Shown here piece after piece: positions 9,076-19,300 of a stretch of 64,000 nt of DNA (within the stretch, counting starts at the first letter, position 1; every line of letters starts with the position of its first letter). The translations under genes and the position numbers were made by a program. The stretch spans positions 235,145-299,144 of the IMG/VR virus record IMGVR_UViG_3300050014_000823. One strand, written 5' to 3'. The notes below the pieces were generated by a model. It saw nothing but the letters and a program-made list of their open reading frames with translations, ran no database searches and had not been told where the DNA came from.

Positions 9076-9707
9076 TTCTTTTTAGCTATTAAACATCCAC
9101 AATCGGTTACAGAATCTTTAAATCCCTGAAAACCATCAAACATATGTTTCATTTCATCCCACGCACGCCAAACCCCGCATTGGTCTGGTTTACTTCTTTG
9201 CCAATAATCGTGCGTCCAAACATAATATTTATTTTGCATGTTATATTTAAGTATTAACTCAATTTCTTTTCTTACGTGCTCTTCTGTGTGGTCACCATCC
9301 TGTATAATTAAATCGAAATCAAATGGTTCTGACAATATTTTCAGCGAATCGTCAAGAACACGTTTAAAATTATTTGAATGTAACTTGTCATATTCAAGTC
9401 TTTCTTGAATGTCAAGCAATGTGACTTCACCGCAACCATTCATTTCAACCGCCTGCAATATGTGATTAGAACTTCTACCAAGAAAATTACCGATTTCCAA
9501 TATTCTTTTTGGCTTTAAAATGCGCATCAACACAAATATTGACTTGCCCTCACTTTCCCATATGCTTCCTGCAGGTTCTTCGGGATAGCCACCATATAAC
9601 GACTCATCATAATAACCACAAAAATCCGTAAGATTAACTCCCGTTAGTTTTTCAAACCCAATAAAATACGTCTTTATAAAGTCTTCCCTTTTATCCATTT
9701 TTTTCAA
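9072..9707 (-). CDS. Class I SAM-dependent methyltransferase
   Basis: ILEIGNFLGRSS motif I, DLIIQDGDH, VWTHDY. Confidence 0.75.
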   Translation of the reverse strand: MKKMDKREDFIKTYFIGFEKLTGVNLTDFCGYYDESLYGGYPEEPAGSIWESEGKSIFVLMRILKPKRILEIGNFLGRSSNHILQAVEMNGCGEVTLLDIQERLEYDKLHSNNFKRVLDDSLKILSEPFDFDLIIQDGDHTEEHVRKEIELILKYNMQNKYYVWTHDYWQRSKPDQCGVWRAWDEMKHMFDGFQGFKDSVTDCGCLIAKKK

Positions 9708-10254
9708 ACATAAAAAATTTTGCTGAAGTCAATAAAAAATTATCAACCTCTTCTATTAATTTAAAATCTTTACGATTCTCTTCCACCCAATCAGTAAACT
9801 TGCGATGAATGACATGTGGTGCACTACTATCGTAGCTATTAAAATTTGACGAAAATATTAACACGTATTTCTTTGACCCATCAAACAATCTGGTCAAATA
9901 TTTTTCATATTCCTCTTGAGAAAGAATGTGATATACTACGTCTAAGGATATACACAAATCTGCTTGGGGCAAATCCGACATTAATGAACAAAAATTCATG
10001 GCTTTATTGTTCTTAAACTTTTCGTGGCATAAATAAAGTGCATATGAAGATATGTCATAACCCATATAACTATCAAAACCCTTTAACAGACTAATTTGAT
10101 TACCATCACCACACCCAAAGTCCGATATTGTTTTAATTCCGAACTTCGTGATATAATTATTAATCACAGTCGCTTTATGGTCGGCAGTTTCGCCATACGA
10201 CCCATTACCCGAATTACCGCCTGCTCTATATCTCTCTTCCCAATAATTATTCAT
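9691..10254 (-). CDS. Class I SAM-dependent methyltransferase
   Basis: YWEERYRAGGNSG, ISDFGCGDG motif I, GYDIS, LCISLDVVYH. Confidence 0.8.
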   Translation of the reverse strand: MNNYWEERYRAGGNSGNGSYGETADHKATVINNYITKFGIKTISDFGCGDGNQISLLKGFDSYMGYDISSYALYLCHEKFKNNKAMNFCSLMSDLPQADLCISLDVVYHILSQEEYEKYLTRLFDGSKKYVLIFSSNFNSYDSSAPHVIHRKFTDWVEENRKDFKLIEEVDNFLLTSAKFFMFEKNG

Positions 10255-10264
10255 AATTAATTTA

Positions 10265-10918
10265 TTAATCGCTCCACCCTCTTAAACCTGCGTTTAGATG
10301 AATATACCCAACTTGTGGTGGCATTTCAACATTATATAGCATAGATTCACTGTGTACATATTTAATTATATTTGATTTTAAGTTTGTTGTTGCAATTTTT
10401 TTATAAAACCAAAGTTCGGGACAAATACTACCATTTTTATATTTGTCAATTTCCGATTCACTTTTTAATAGCGAAATTTTAGTAAACAATGCTTCAACCG
10501 CCCTTCTATTCATAAATATCACTTCCATCATTGCATATTCATTGCCATACCACACGGGGTTTCTATATACTAAATCACATTTATTTTCGAAAACACTTGT
10601 TATATGGTTCATAACAACATCAATAGACTTTGGATTTATTCTGACATCATCGTGTGAAAAAATTAAAACATCGAAATCTGTTTCCAATGACATATTACAT
10701 GACAACATCAGTCCATTAACACATCCAATTTTATGTTGGGGTGTTTCCATGTAATATTTAATACTTAGGTTATTTTCTTGACTAAAAAACTCATCATTTT
10801 TATAACTATTACACGCAATAAACTCTTGTGCGTCAGGAAAAAAACTTCTTTCAATATTTATTGTTTCCTTTAACGTTTTAAATCTATTATAAACATTATG
10901 TGCAAAAACTATTTTCAT
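10265..10918 (-). CDS. Putative GT-A glycosyltransferase
   Basis: IFSHDDV DxD-like motif; position in the sugar operon. Confidence 0.5.
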   Translation of the reverse strand: MKIVFAHNVYNRFKTLKETINIERSFFPDAQEFIACNSYKNDEFFSQENNLSIKYYMETPQHKIGCVNGLMLSCNMSLETDFDVLIFSHDDVRINPKSIDVVMNHITSVFENKCDLVYRNPVWYGNEYAMMEVIFMNRRAVEALFTKISLLKSESEIDKYKNGSICPELWFYKKIATTNLKSNIIKYVHSESMLYNVEMPPQVGYIHLNAGLRGWSD

Positions 10919-10927
10919 CTTACTAAT

Positions 10928-11656
10928 TTACCATATACAAACTTTATTTAATGTGTCAGCACCACGCAAATACCCTCTTGTTGGACCAAGACTCATCATT
11001 GAATCTAATGTCGAACCTGCGTCCAGATAAGTGTTGTTGGGGGAAGACTTAAAACATTCCATGATTAGAATGTTCGAAAACGGACCTGCACAGAAGAGAA
11101 ACAAATGATTTTCAATTTTTTTCTCTTCGATATATTTTTTCATCTTACCAACCAACTCAAAATCTTGCATCCACGCATTAGTACCAACGTAAAACGTCTG
11201 TACTATTTTACCTGCAAAGGGCAAGTGATTAATAACTGCCTTGTTGTTTACTACCATAACAACATTATAATTGTTAAACTCAGGAATTATTGTTTTCACA
11301 TAGTTGGGATAGTTTGCATTGACAAATATATTACCCCATGTCAGATGCTCATCGTCCTGTCCTGTTAGTGCTTTTAATTTTTCGTGTTTCTCGTTACCAA
11401 CACAACATCTACATGCAATTCCAACATAATAATTGTCTGCCTTGTATTGTGCAGATTCAAGTAATTTTTCCCTGAAGTATCCGTGGTCTGGTTGATTTGG
11501 GTCATAAATAAACTCACCGTTTAATTTTTGCCTTAAGTCAATGAATTCGTTGAAAAGAATAATCATTTCACCGTCATTGTTTCTTGAAACAGCAAAAGGT
11601 ATGTGATTTTTTATCTTTTCTTGAAACTTTATAAAATCTCCACCAAATGTTTTCAT
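10928..11656 (-). CDS. Putative GT-D/DUF1792-like glycosyltransferase
   Basis: FAVSRNNDGE, LFLFCAGPFSNILI and YLDAGS resemble the S-R-x-G-D-G-E / A-G-P / D-x-G motifs of GT-D fold proteins. Confidence 0.5.
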   Translation of the reverse strand: MKTFGGDFIKFQEKIKNHIPFAVSRNNDGEMIILFNEFIDLRQKLNGEFIYDPNQPDHGYFREKLLESAQYKADNYYVGIACRCCVGNEKHEKLKALTGQDDEHLTWGNIFVNANYPNYVKTIIPEFNNYNVVMVVNNKAVINHLPFAGKIVQTFYVGTNAWMQDFELVGKMKKYIEEKKIENHLFLFCAGPFSNILIMECFKSSPNNTYLDAGSTLDSMMSLGPTRGYLRGADTLNKVCIW

Positions 11657-11657
11657 A

Positions 11658-12392
11658 TCATTTAATATTATTTACAGTTTTCCAACCATTATTTATACAA
11701 TGTACACAAATCTCACCACGTAAATCCAGGTGATTTCCAATTCTCCATGAAGCATTTGCATCACTGCCAACCTCATTACCTGTTCGAAAATCCGAACTCC
11801 AGAGATTCTGATTATTATCTGGATGTGGTGGAACAAATGTATTAATGTTGCCGTACTTTTGTGCTAAGTAAGAAAATGTAATATCTTCACCATTATCCCA
11901 AGAATATGGCTTTTCATACCACATATATTTTGCCCATTCTTGTCTAAAAAACCAAGCATGTCCAACTAAATCAACACGTTCAACTTTATTGGAGTGTCCA
12001 CCATTCCAACCGAACTTATGATGAGGATAATACCCTTTACAGTCAACAATTACACCACTACCACCAAGTATACCGTTGCTTTCAGGTTTTTCAATTGTTT
12101 CTACACAATTTTTAAACCAGTCCTTCTGTGGAAGTATATCATCATCAAACATTGCAACGAACTTTGTTTTAAGCATTGGTAGTATGGAAAATCTACCCCA
12201 AAATTTAGTGTTCCAGTTACATGCATATGTTCGTATATCTTTATCAACAGGAAAATATTGTGCAACATCTGTTTTATTGTACCAAACATGAATGTTTTCG
12301 CTTTTAATTTCAACTGACTGTGCCTTTACTGCTTGAATTTGTCTTTCGAGCATATAGGGTCTTTTATATACATTTAATACAACACTAATCAT
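11658..12392 (-). CDS. GT2-like glycosyltransferase
   Basis: ISVVLNVYKR start, AMFDDDILP DxD, GEDITFS. Confidence 0.75.
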   Translation of the reverse strand: MISVVLNVYKRPYMLERQIQAVKAQSVEIKSENIHVWYNKTDVAQYFPVDKDIRTYACNWNTKFWGRFSILPMLKTKFVAMFDDDILPQKDWFKNCVETIEKPESNGILGGSGVIVDCKGYYPHHKFGWNGGHSNKVERVDLVGHAWFFRQEWAKYMWYEKPYSWDNGEDITFSYLAQKYGNINTFVPPHPDNNQNLWSSDFRTGNEVGSDANASWRIGNHLDLRGEICVHCINNGWKTVNNIK

Positions 12393-13366
12393 AATTTTTC
12401 AATATATTTTTGAGTATAAACACCGCCACCCCTTCTTGAGTCTGCATGAAGTTGTGAATCATCATTGCCGTCATGATAAACCATAGAATATTGTGTTCTG
12501 AAAATCCAACAACTCATTTCTTTAATTGCATCGTTTATTTGATTCCACGCACGCACAGGTGTTCCTGGTTTACTCACCGCAACAGCATCAACGGGTTTCA
12601 TCTTATATTCCATGTGTTTAATAACAGCATCGTCTATTAGTGCAATTCCATCCACAAAATCTTTTCTCTGCCACCATTGTTCGTGCTCAGTTATTTTTTT
12701 AAATGACCATAAATGTGGTGCAATTGCCATAATTCTGCCATTTTCTGCCTTTTTACTAAAAAACATATCCACAACCGCATCCAAGAATCCTTTAGAAAGT
12801 ATAAAATCGTCATCCATCTGTAAAACAACATGACAAGTAATATTCTTTAAAAATTCCCACATCTGATTATAACAATACCAGTGCAACACCTTTCCGTTGG
12901 GGGTTTTATTTTCAATGTATGTAAGATTTGAAAACTCATTTATTAAACTACCATATCTCGTATCAGTTGAACCGTCATTGAGAAGTATTATTTTTATTGT
13001 ATATTTTGTTGGTTGCTCGTGAAATTGTTGTATTAATCTCCGAACCTTTTCATATCTATTGTGTGACGGTATGCAAATAACTACGTCATAATCAACAAAT
13101 GCTTTTTTTTCATATATTCTAAAGCCACTTGCGCCATTTTCAGCACGTAAAGCAGTACGTTCAGAATTATTTAATCGACTCACATCAATATATGTGTTCT
13201 GTTTATCTTGTAAATAGACATCAGCACGTTTTCTATTTCTAATTTCATCCAAATCATCCATTGCTTTATTTCCTCTTTTATCGAGAAATAATAATTTCTG
13301 ATTTCGTAATTCGATTTTCTTCTCGATTAACCTCTTTCTCGAAATTTTTTGCCTTTTCATTACCAA
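12389..13366 (-). CDS. GT2 family glycosyltransferase with basic N-terminal extension
   Basis: VICIPSHNR, LLNDGSTD, LQMDDDF. Confidence 0.78.
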   Translation of the reverse strand: MVMKRQKISRKRLIEKKIELRNQKLLFLDKRGNKAMDDLDEIRNRKRADVYLQDKQNTYIDVSRLNNSERTALRAENGASGFRIYEKKAFVDYDVVICIPSHNRYEKVRRLIQQFHEQPTKYTIKIILLNDGSTDTRYGSLINEFSNLTYIENKTPNGKVLHWYCYNQMWEFLKNITCHVVLQMDDDFILSKGFLDAVVDMFFSKKAENGRIMAIAPHLWSFKKITEHEQWWQRKDFVDGIALIDDAVIKHMEYKMKPVDAVAVSKPGTPVRAWNQINDAIKEMSCWIFRTQYSMVYHDGNDDSQLHADSRRGGGVYTQKYIEKL

Positions 13367-14970
13367 CTTTCAGCTATAACTTCCTCATATAGTGTAAATA
13401 CTTTATTGGCAGAAAAGTCCGAGTGATATTTTTCCAAGTCCTGTGGAACTTCCTGTAATTCCTTATTTTGAATGTTTCCTTGGTCATCCACAACATATAT
13501 CCAACCTGGTTTTCCACATAAAAATCCCTCAATGGTTGTTCTGCCTTTAAAAATTCCTGCAGTATAGTCACACTTCTTAATGTATTCTTCGACATTCTGC
13601 TTAACCCCAAGATATTTCACATGGTCGCCAACGAGAATATTAGCATACCCGCCATTATCCGCACCGATTATCTGTAATAATTGACCATTCGTTCTGGTCA
13701 TTTCAACTAAGTCGAGTAAAATGTTTTTTCTTAAATGGTCAAGTGTACCAATAAACAGTACAATCTCTTTGGGATTCTTAACAGGCGTATAGTTTGTATT
13801 AAACCTCTTAGTATCGAATGGATTGTCAATTGTGACAATCTTATCAGCCTCAATACCGTAAGACCTAATATAATCGGTGATGCTATCACGAATACTTATG
13901 TATCTCGCAATTCTTGGATTGATAATTGGTTCTTCGAAGGTAGGTATGACTTCGCTTCTGACATGCATAACTGCAGGAGTATTCGGGTATAAGCCTAACA
14001 TAAGTTCCCCGATAGGTTTGTGGTTAATGTGAATGATATCGAATTCCTGCTCATTTTTAATAAAATGAAATTTACCGTCTTGGTCCAGTACATAATTGGG
14101 TAAATTTATGTAACTGCAAACTCTTACACCATTTGCAAGTGCTTTCTTGTGTAATGGTTCGCCAACAACTTGAGAAATTATAGTAACATCACAACCCTGT
14201 TTAACAAGTTCCTTTGAAAGTTCGTAATTTGACATTTCAGAACCCGTGTAGTTTTTAAAGAACTGACAGCAGAGCAGTACTTTTAATCTACCCTCAGAAA
14301 CATGACGAATAGGTAAATTATATTCACTGGCGAACTTTATCCTATTTCTGTCCCAATCTGGATTAGTTTGACCCATTGACTTGTGTAATACTCTTATTGA
14401 GGCGGTTACACCAATATTAACATCTTTCAGATAGTTATCTACACAAAATGGTAAGTCATAAAAGTGAAATAAACCATAATTCTCGTTGAAATTTTTAACT
14501 ATTTGGTCGGGGTCAACACCCATGAATAAACCATCAATAATTATAACTGGTTTTACTCCGTTGAATTGTGGTGAATACTCACTTACCCATGTACTCATGC
14601 CGTTTGTGTGTTCAACAATACCATACATTTTGCTTCTGTCTTCCCACCACATGCCAGATGCCGGGAGAAATGTTGTCCCCGCAAGTCCAATAATTGCGTA
14701 GTCGGTATGATTAAATTGGTTTAACAATACTTTTCCCCAGTTTTTTGTCTTATATACCATGTCGTTATGACAAAAAACAAACACACAATCTTTTTCTGCG
14801 TGGGTTTTTAGTGCATCGTTATAAATCTGTGGCAAACCAAACTGTCCAAAGTTCGGATAACAAATGGTTTTATGTTGAACTCCAATAGTCTCTTTTATGT
14901 GTGATATGAATTTATTATTTTCTTCCTCAGACAAATGTGAGGAAAACACTACGACAATATTATTTTTCAT
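13360..14970 (-). CDS. Two-domain glycosyltransferase (GT-A N-terminal + GT-B/GT4-like C-terminal)
   Basis: VFCHNDM, IIDGLFMG, FHFYDLPFC (GT-A); GSEMSNYELSKEL...FDIIHINH, IDNPFDTKRF, GRTTIEGFLCGKP (GT-B). Confidence 0.78.
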   Translation of the reverse strand: MKNNIVVVFSSHLSEEENNKFISHIKETIGVQHKTICYPNFGQFGLPQIYNDALKTHAEKDCVFVFCHNDMVYKTKNWGKVLLNQFNHTDYAIIGLAGTTFLPASGMWWEDRSKMYGIVEHTNGMSTWVSEYSPQFNGVKPVIIIDGLFMGVDPDQIVKNFNENYGLFHFYDLPFCVDNYLKDVNIGVTASIRVLHKSMGQTNPDWDRNRIKFASEYNLPIRHVSEGRLKVLLCCQFFKNYTGSEMSNYELSKELVKQGCDVTIISQVVGEPLHKKALANGVRVCSYINLPNYVLDQDGKFHFIKNEQEFDIIHINHKPIGELMLGLYPNTPAVMHVRSEVIPTFEEPIINPRIARYISIRDSITDYIRSYGIEADKIVTIDNPFDTKRFNTNYTPVKNPKEIVLFIGTLDHLRKNILLDLVEMTRTNGQLLQIIGADNGGYANILVGDHVKYLGVKQNVEEYIKKCDYTAGIFKGRTTIEGFLCGKPGWIYVVDDQGNIQNKELQEVPQDLEKYHSDFSANKVFTLYEEVIAESW

Positions 14971-15649
14971 TTAGCTTATATATTTCTACCTGTGCTTCCA
15001 ATAATGCTTTTGTTTTTTCCATAGAATAGTCTCTATTAAAACATCCAATTAAAATGCTTTGTAAATTTTTTCTTAATTTTAATTCTGATTCGCTTGCATG
15101 TTGCCAAGGATTAGCTGGAAAAGTTTTTCCAAACACTAATATCTGAATTGTTCTTGCTTTATCCTTATAATCTTCCATTGTGGCTTCTTTATCAAAACGT
15201 CTCATGTAATACATATTTACCGCATTACACAATTCGCCATACAAATCAGAAGTTTCTTTACGTAATTCAATGAGGCTATCATAAACAAATTTTATTACAT
15301 GATACTCAAATTTAGGATTAAGCCACATTGAGAATTTAATGAAAAGATATGGATGCATCCATATCTCATCTGGCTTTCTTCCCATAAGAGTGTTTCCACC
15401 CTTTTTAATCGTAAATGCCTGATTTTGAGCCAAGTCACTATTCTGACTTGGGATATTTTCTTCTTTAAAAAGGACCTCAATGAAATCCTCTGTCTGTTTT
15501 AAACCCAAAAAATTTGCAATTTTTTTTGTGTCGTTATTAGACCTGTTCCATTGTTGAATTAAATAACTTGCATTGAACATTTCGTCTTTTGTACGCTGAT
15601 TAACTAAATAATCACCCATTTGACGAACCATTATCACACTACTTTTCAT
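14960..15649 (-). CDS. KilA-N domain DNA-binding protein
   Basis: QRTKDEMFNASYL, WMHPYLFIKFSMWLNPKFEYHV. Confidence 0.8.
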   Translation of the reverse strand: MKSSVIMVRQMGDYLVNQRTKDEMFNASYLIQQWNRSNNDTKKIANFLGLKQTEDFIEVLFKEENIPSQNSDLAQNQAFTIKKGGNTLMGRKPDEIWMHPYLFIKFSMWLNPKFEYHVIKFVYDSLIELRKETSDLYGELCNAVNMYYMRRFDKEATMEDYKDKARTIQILVFGKTFPANPWQHASESELKLRKNLQSILIGCFNRDYSMEKTKALLEAQVEIYKLNEK

Positions 15650-15676
15650 TTATTTCTATTTACGATTTAATTTTCG

Positions 15677-15707
15677 CAAATATAAACAATAAAAAAGTCA
15701 ATGTCAA
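15677..15707 (-). promoter_or_regulatory. Bacteroidota-type host sigma promoter (TTG-N20-TATATTTG) upstream of KilA-N and the sugar operon
   Basis: Minus strand TATATTTG (15684-15677) matches TAnnTTTG; TTG lies 20 nt upstream (15707-15705). Confidence 0.55.
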
Positions 15708-15715
15708 GGTATTTT

Positions 15716-15997
15716 TTAAACTTCGATAAATATTCCGTTTTTCAGCCACCCATGATAGGTACACTTCAGTCCTTCATCGGTTATCGAGTTACAAACTATT
15801 GACGGATGTAAGGTTTTGGTGTCTTGGTCATAAATGTGAGGACCAGTAGAAGTTTTACCGCATTTGGGACAGCAAATGATTAGTCCACGTGAGATTAATT
15901 TACCGTCTTTATCGTTTCTGACGTAAACAATACATTCACCACGGACTAATTCATCCGGATATGCGTCTTGTTTTATTACTGCCAGTAATTCTGCCAT
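15716..15997 (-). CDS. Small Cys/His metal-binding protein (DUF6527-like)
   Basis: CCPKCG...TLHPSIVC...CTYHGWLKNG. Confidence 0.5.
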   Translation of the reverse strand: MAELLAVIKQDAYPDELVRGECIVYVRNDKDGKLISRGLIICCPKCGKTSTGPHIYDQDTKTLHPSIVCNSITDEGLKCTYHGWLKNGIFIEV

Positions 15998-15999
15998 GT

Positions 16000-16311
16000 T
16001 TATTGTGAACGAAATGCAGTCAACGCAGCTTCATAGTCTGCTTTTACCTTTGCAAGCGGGAATGGAATACGAATTAATGCGCCATCAGGTATGTCAAATT
16101 CATTCATATAGCCGTTTGCGTATAAAATCAAAAAGTCATAGAATGGATTACCATAATATTTATTTGCTATTTTATCCAACCTACTAAATTCAGTATTCCA
16201 ATTTTCAAATTTATCACTCTGATTAACTGGCAACTGAACAAAAGGCATCATATCGGTAGTACCGTTACTATTAACGAGTATTGCGTATCTATTATAATCT
16301 CTCTGTGCCAT
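16000..16311 (-). CDS. Baseplate wedge subunit, LysM/gp53-like
   Basis: RLDKIANKYYGNPFYDFLILYAN...IPDGALIRIP. Confidence 0.75.
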   Translation of the reverse strand: MAQRDYNRYAILVNSNGTTDMMPFVQLPVNQSDKFENWNTEFSRLDKIANKYYGNPFYDFLILYANGYMNEFDIPDGALIRIPFPLAKVKADYEAALTAFRSQ

Positions 16312-16313
16312 AA

Positions 16314-19300
16314 TTATTGTTGTTTAGGTGGAAATTTTTTAATATATGCTGCATTTAATATGTCTGATTCTGCTTTTAATATGCCATTCATATATGTTTG
16401 TTGGTTTTCTGCTTCTTTCCAAGGTCTGTTGTATAATCCCTCTGATGTAAAGTTTGAATTAGCATAATAGTTAAATGTAATAGCATTCTGTAAAGCATCA
16501 ATTGGTCCTTTGAGTGACTGACCACCAATAACTTTCATTTGTAACGTTACTTTTGCTATCATTGGTTGCATACCAAAACCTTCGGGGTTCATATCCCAAG
16601 TAGTTTCAGCATAGTCAATGCTCAGGTTTTCAATAATAACCTTAGTAAAGAAAAAGTCACCAACTCTCAATATACATACAGGTTGTCTACCAAAAACTGA
16701 ATTCTTTGCTCTTGGAATTCCAGCTTCATCAACAACATCATAACGTTTTGCAGCTCCCTGTCTCATACATTGCTGTAAGAAGGTCAATCTCTTATGAAAA
16801 TCTTCTGGTGTTTGAGTATGAAAAACAGGATTATAATAATTGCTTTCAACAGACTGAAAACCTTTCTGCATTGCAGCATCCTCTTTACGAACACTCATAA
16901 CACACTGACTCGCATTATTACTGTTCTGTGACTTAACAAGCGGTTGATTACTTGCACGTAATCCCGCAACAATTACTGTATCGGGATAAGAAAGCGGTGG
17001 AATCTTCTTGGGTGGTGCTTCTCTCGTTCTCCTAAATTCAATTGTAGCATAACGCTCTTGTGTGGTTGCGGGAAGTTCAAGTTTAGCCTCAATTTCCTTT
17101 TGGGTTTTACCTGATGAGTTTGCAGGATTAGCACCTGTTGCACCCACACTATCTATGCTAATTTGTATACTGCTAATATCTTCGCCAGGAAATATGGCTT
17201 CAAGTCTACCTAATACAATTTGTCTTGCTGCCTGTGCTCTTCTTCTGCCAAGCATATAATTATAGCCAGATTTACTGTCATTTAATTTAGAAGCTGCTCC
17301 GACTATTTTAATACCAAACATTCTTCTATTACCGACAGGCTTAAACAATTCGTTGAGTTTTTTATCTAAAGCACTTTTAACACCAACATAATTATATTGT
17401 GAAAATCCGGGTGGTAATAAATTCTTATCAAGTACTGGTGGGTCTGTTTTGGTCATACCTGTAACAAAGAATATGTCTTGATTAAACCCCGAACTAATAA
17501 CTTTTTTTTGTTGTCTACTACCCGGCATAATTTGATATTCATAATCCAAATACATAGTATCAACTATCTGAGAACTTTCACTTGCATCTTTAGGTAAGTC
17601 ATTAGGAAATACCATTGTTACTGGTTCGGGTATTGTAACTTCAGGTTCAGGAGTATCAACAGGACCAGTAATTTGCTCTATATGGTCGTCATTGACTCTT
17701 TGTTTTTGAGCAGGATTTTCTAATATTGGAGCAGGACTATATGGGTCACCACCAAATGCGAAAAATTCTGCAATTGCACGATGTTTATCAGTACCTTTAT
17801 ATGTGGCATTTTTCAACTGTTGTGGATAGTCAATAAGCATGGTAAAGTTCAAAGTAGCTGACCTTTCACTGTGCATGTAGTTATACATTGGTTCGTTTCT
17901 GCCAACCATAACAGTCTTGTCAAAGTTTGATTGCGTACTTTCGTTTATTTCGAGATTATATGGTGGAAACCACATAAGTCTGCCATTAAACTGTCCAACT
18001 TCACAAATAGGTATCTGTGAACCATACTCATCGTCAATAATACCAACACTGTCTTTACTAATAACTCTAACTGCAAGGTTTTCAATTGAAAACATTAAAT
18101 TACGATTATTTGGTTGGTCCGAACTGCTTTCGTGCGGTGGTAAGGTAGGGTGAATTCTTGGCATTACTCTGTCATAAATTACTGAGTTCTCGTTGCCACC
18201 ATAAACATAGTTACCTTCGAATCTGATTGCTTTGGCAAATCTATCGTATTGGTCAAGCATAGAATGCTGTCGCACACCTGTAAGACCTGCAGTTTCCGCA
18301 TTCATTGCATAATCACTGTCATTAGCCACCCACAAACCAGAGCCGTTAAAACCAACAATGTTTTTATTTTTATTTTGAAATGCTTTTCTTGTAATGTCAA
18401 CGACTGCACCATCACTGGCATTAAGTAAGTTACGTGTATATTCAAGCAATCCCGAATATGCACGAAAACTAACATTTCTTTGATTTGTTGGATTTACCTG
18501 TTCGTCTGCATGATTTGAAGTACCTAATAATTTATTAATATTATCACTTGCATTAGGTGATATTCCATTCATACCCCAAACAAGTTTATTACTTACTGCA
18601 TCATCACCAAATTCGTCTGAAGTATTAATCCATTCATTTGCGGTTTCACTTAATTTAAAACCGTTTACTTCTTTAAATCTGATGTTTGCAACACCAAAGT
18701 TTTTTTCTACAAAGTCTGCAGTAGGAGCATACTCTTGAGTATTATTTGAATCTAATTCCAAAGTATTTAATGCAAACGAAGTTGCCGTATTTGCCTGACT
18801 AATACTATCATCACTTGGCAAAATATTGCTATATGGATTGGTTTTAAAATAGTTAAAGTAACTTCTATAATGACTAAGCGGAGCATTAACTAAATCACTT
18901 CTTAATAATAATTGAGTGTCTGCAAATCCCTTACCACTATATTGAAGTAATGCCTTATCGTCCAATATGCTCTGACCAAAATACTCTGAACTTGCAAATC
19001 CTTGTTTATAAACGTTATTATTTAAAGCTGAATATAAAAATGAAAGTTGTCCCGTACCACTATTTTTAATATAATCGGCTTCGGTAGAATTCGGAGTAAA
19101 AGGATAATCAACAGCAGGAAAATAATATACTACAGCATTAAGAAAACTTTGAAAGTTTGATATTGCTGGTTTTTTTGTAATTCTTACGTCTAACCTCTTG
19201 GTAAATAGGTGAGTATTCTTAGCACCGTCAAATAAGTTTGAAACCTTTATAACAGGAAAATTCTGTTGTGCAATATGTGAACCTGCGTTCATTGCAAACT

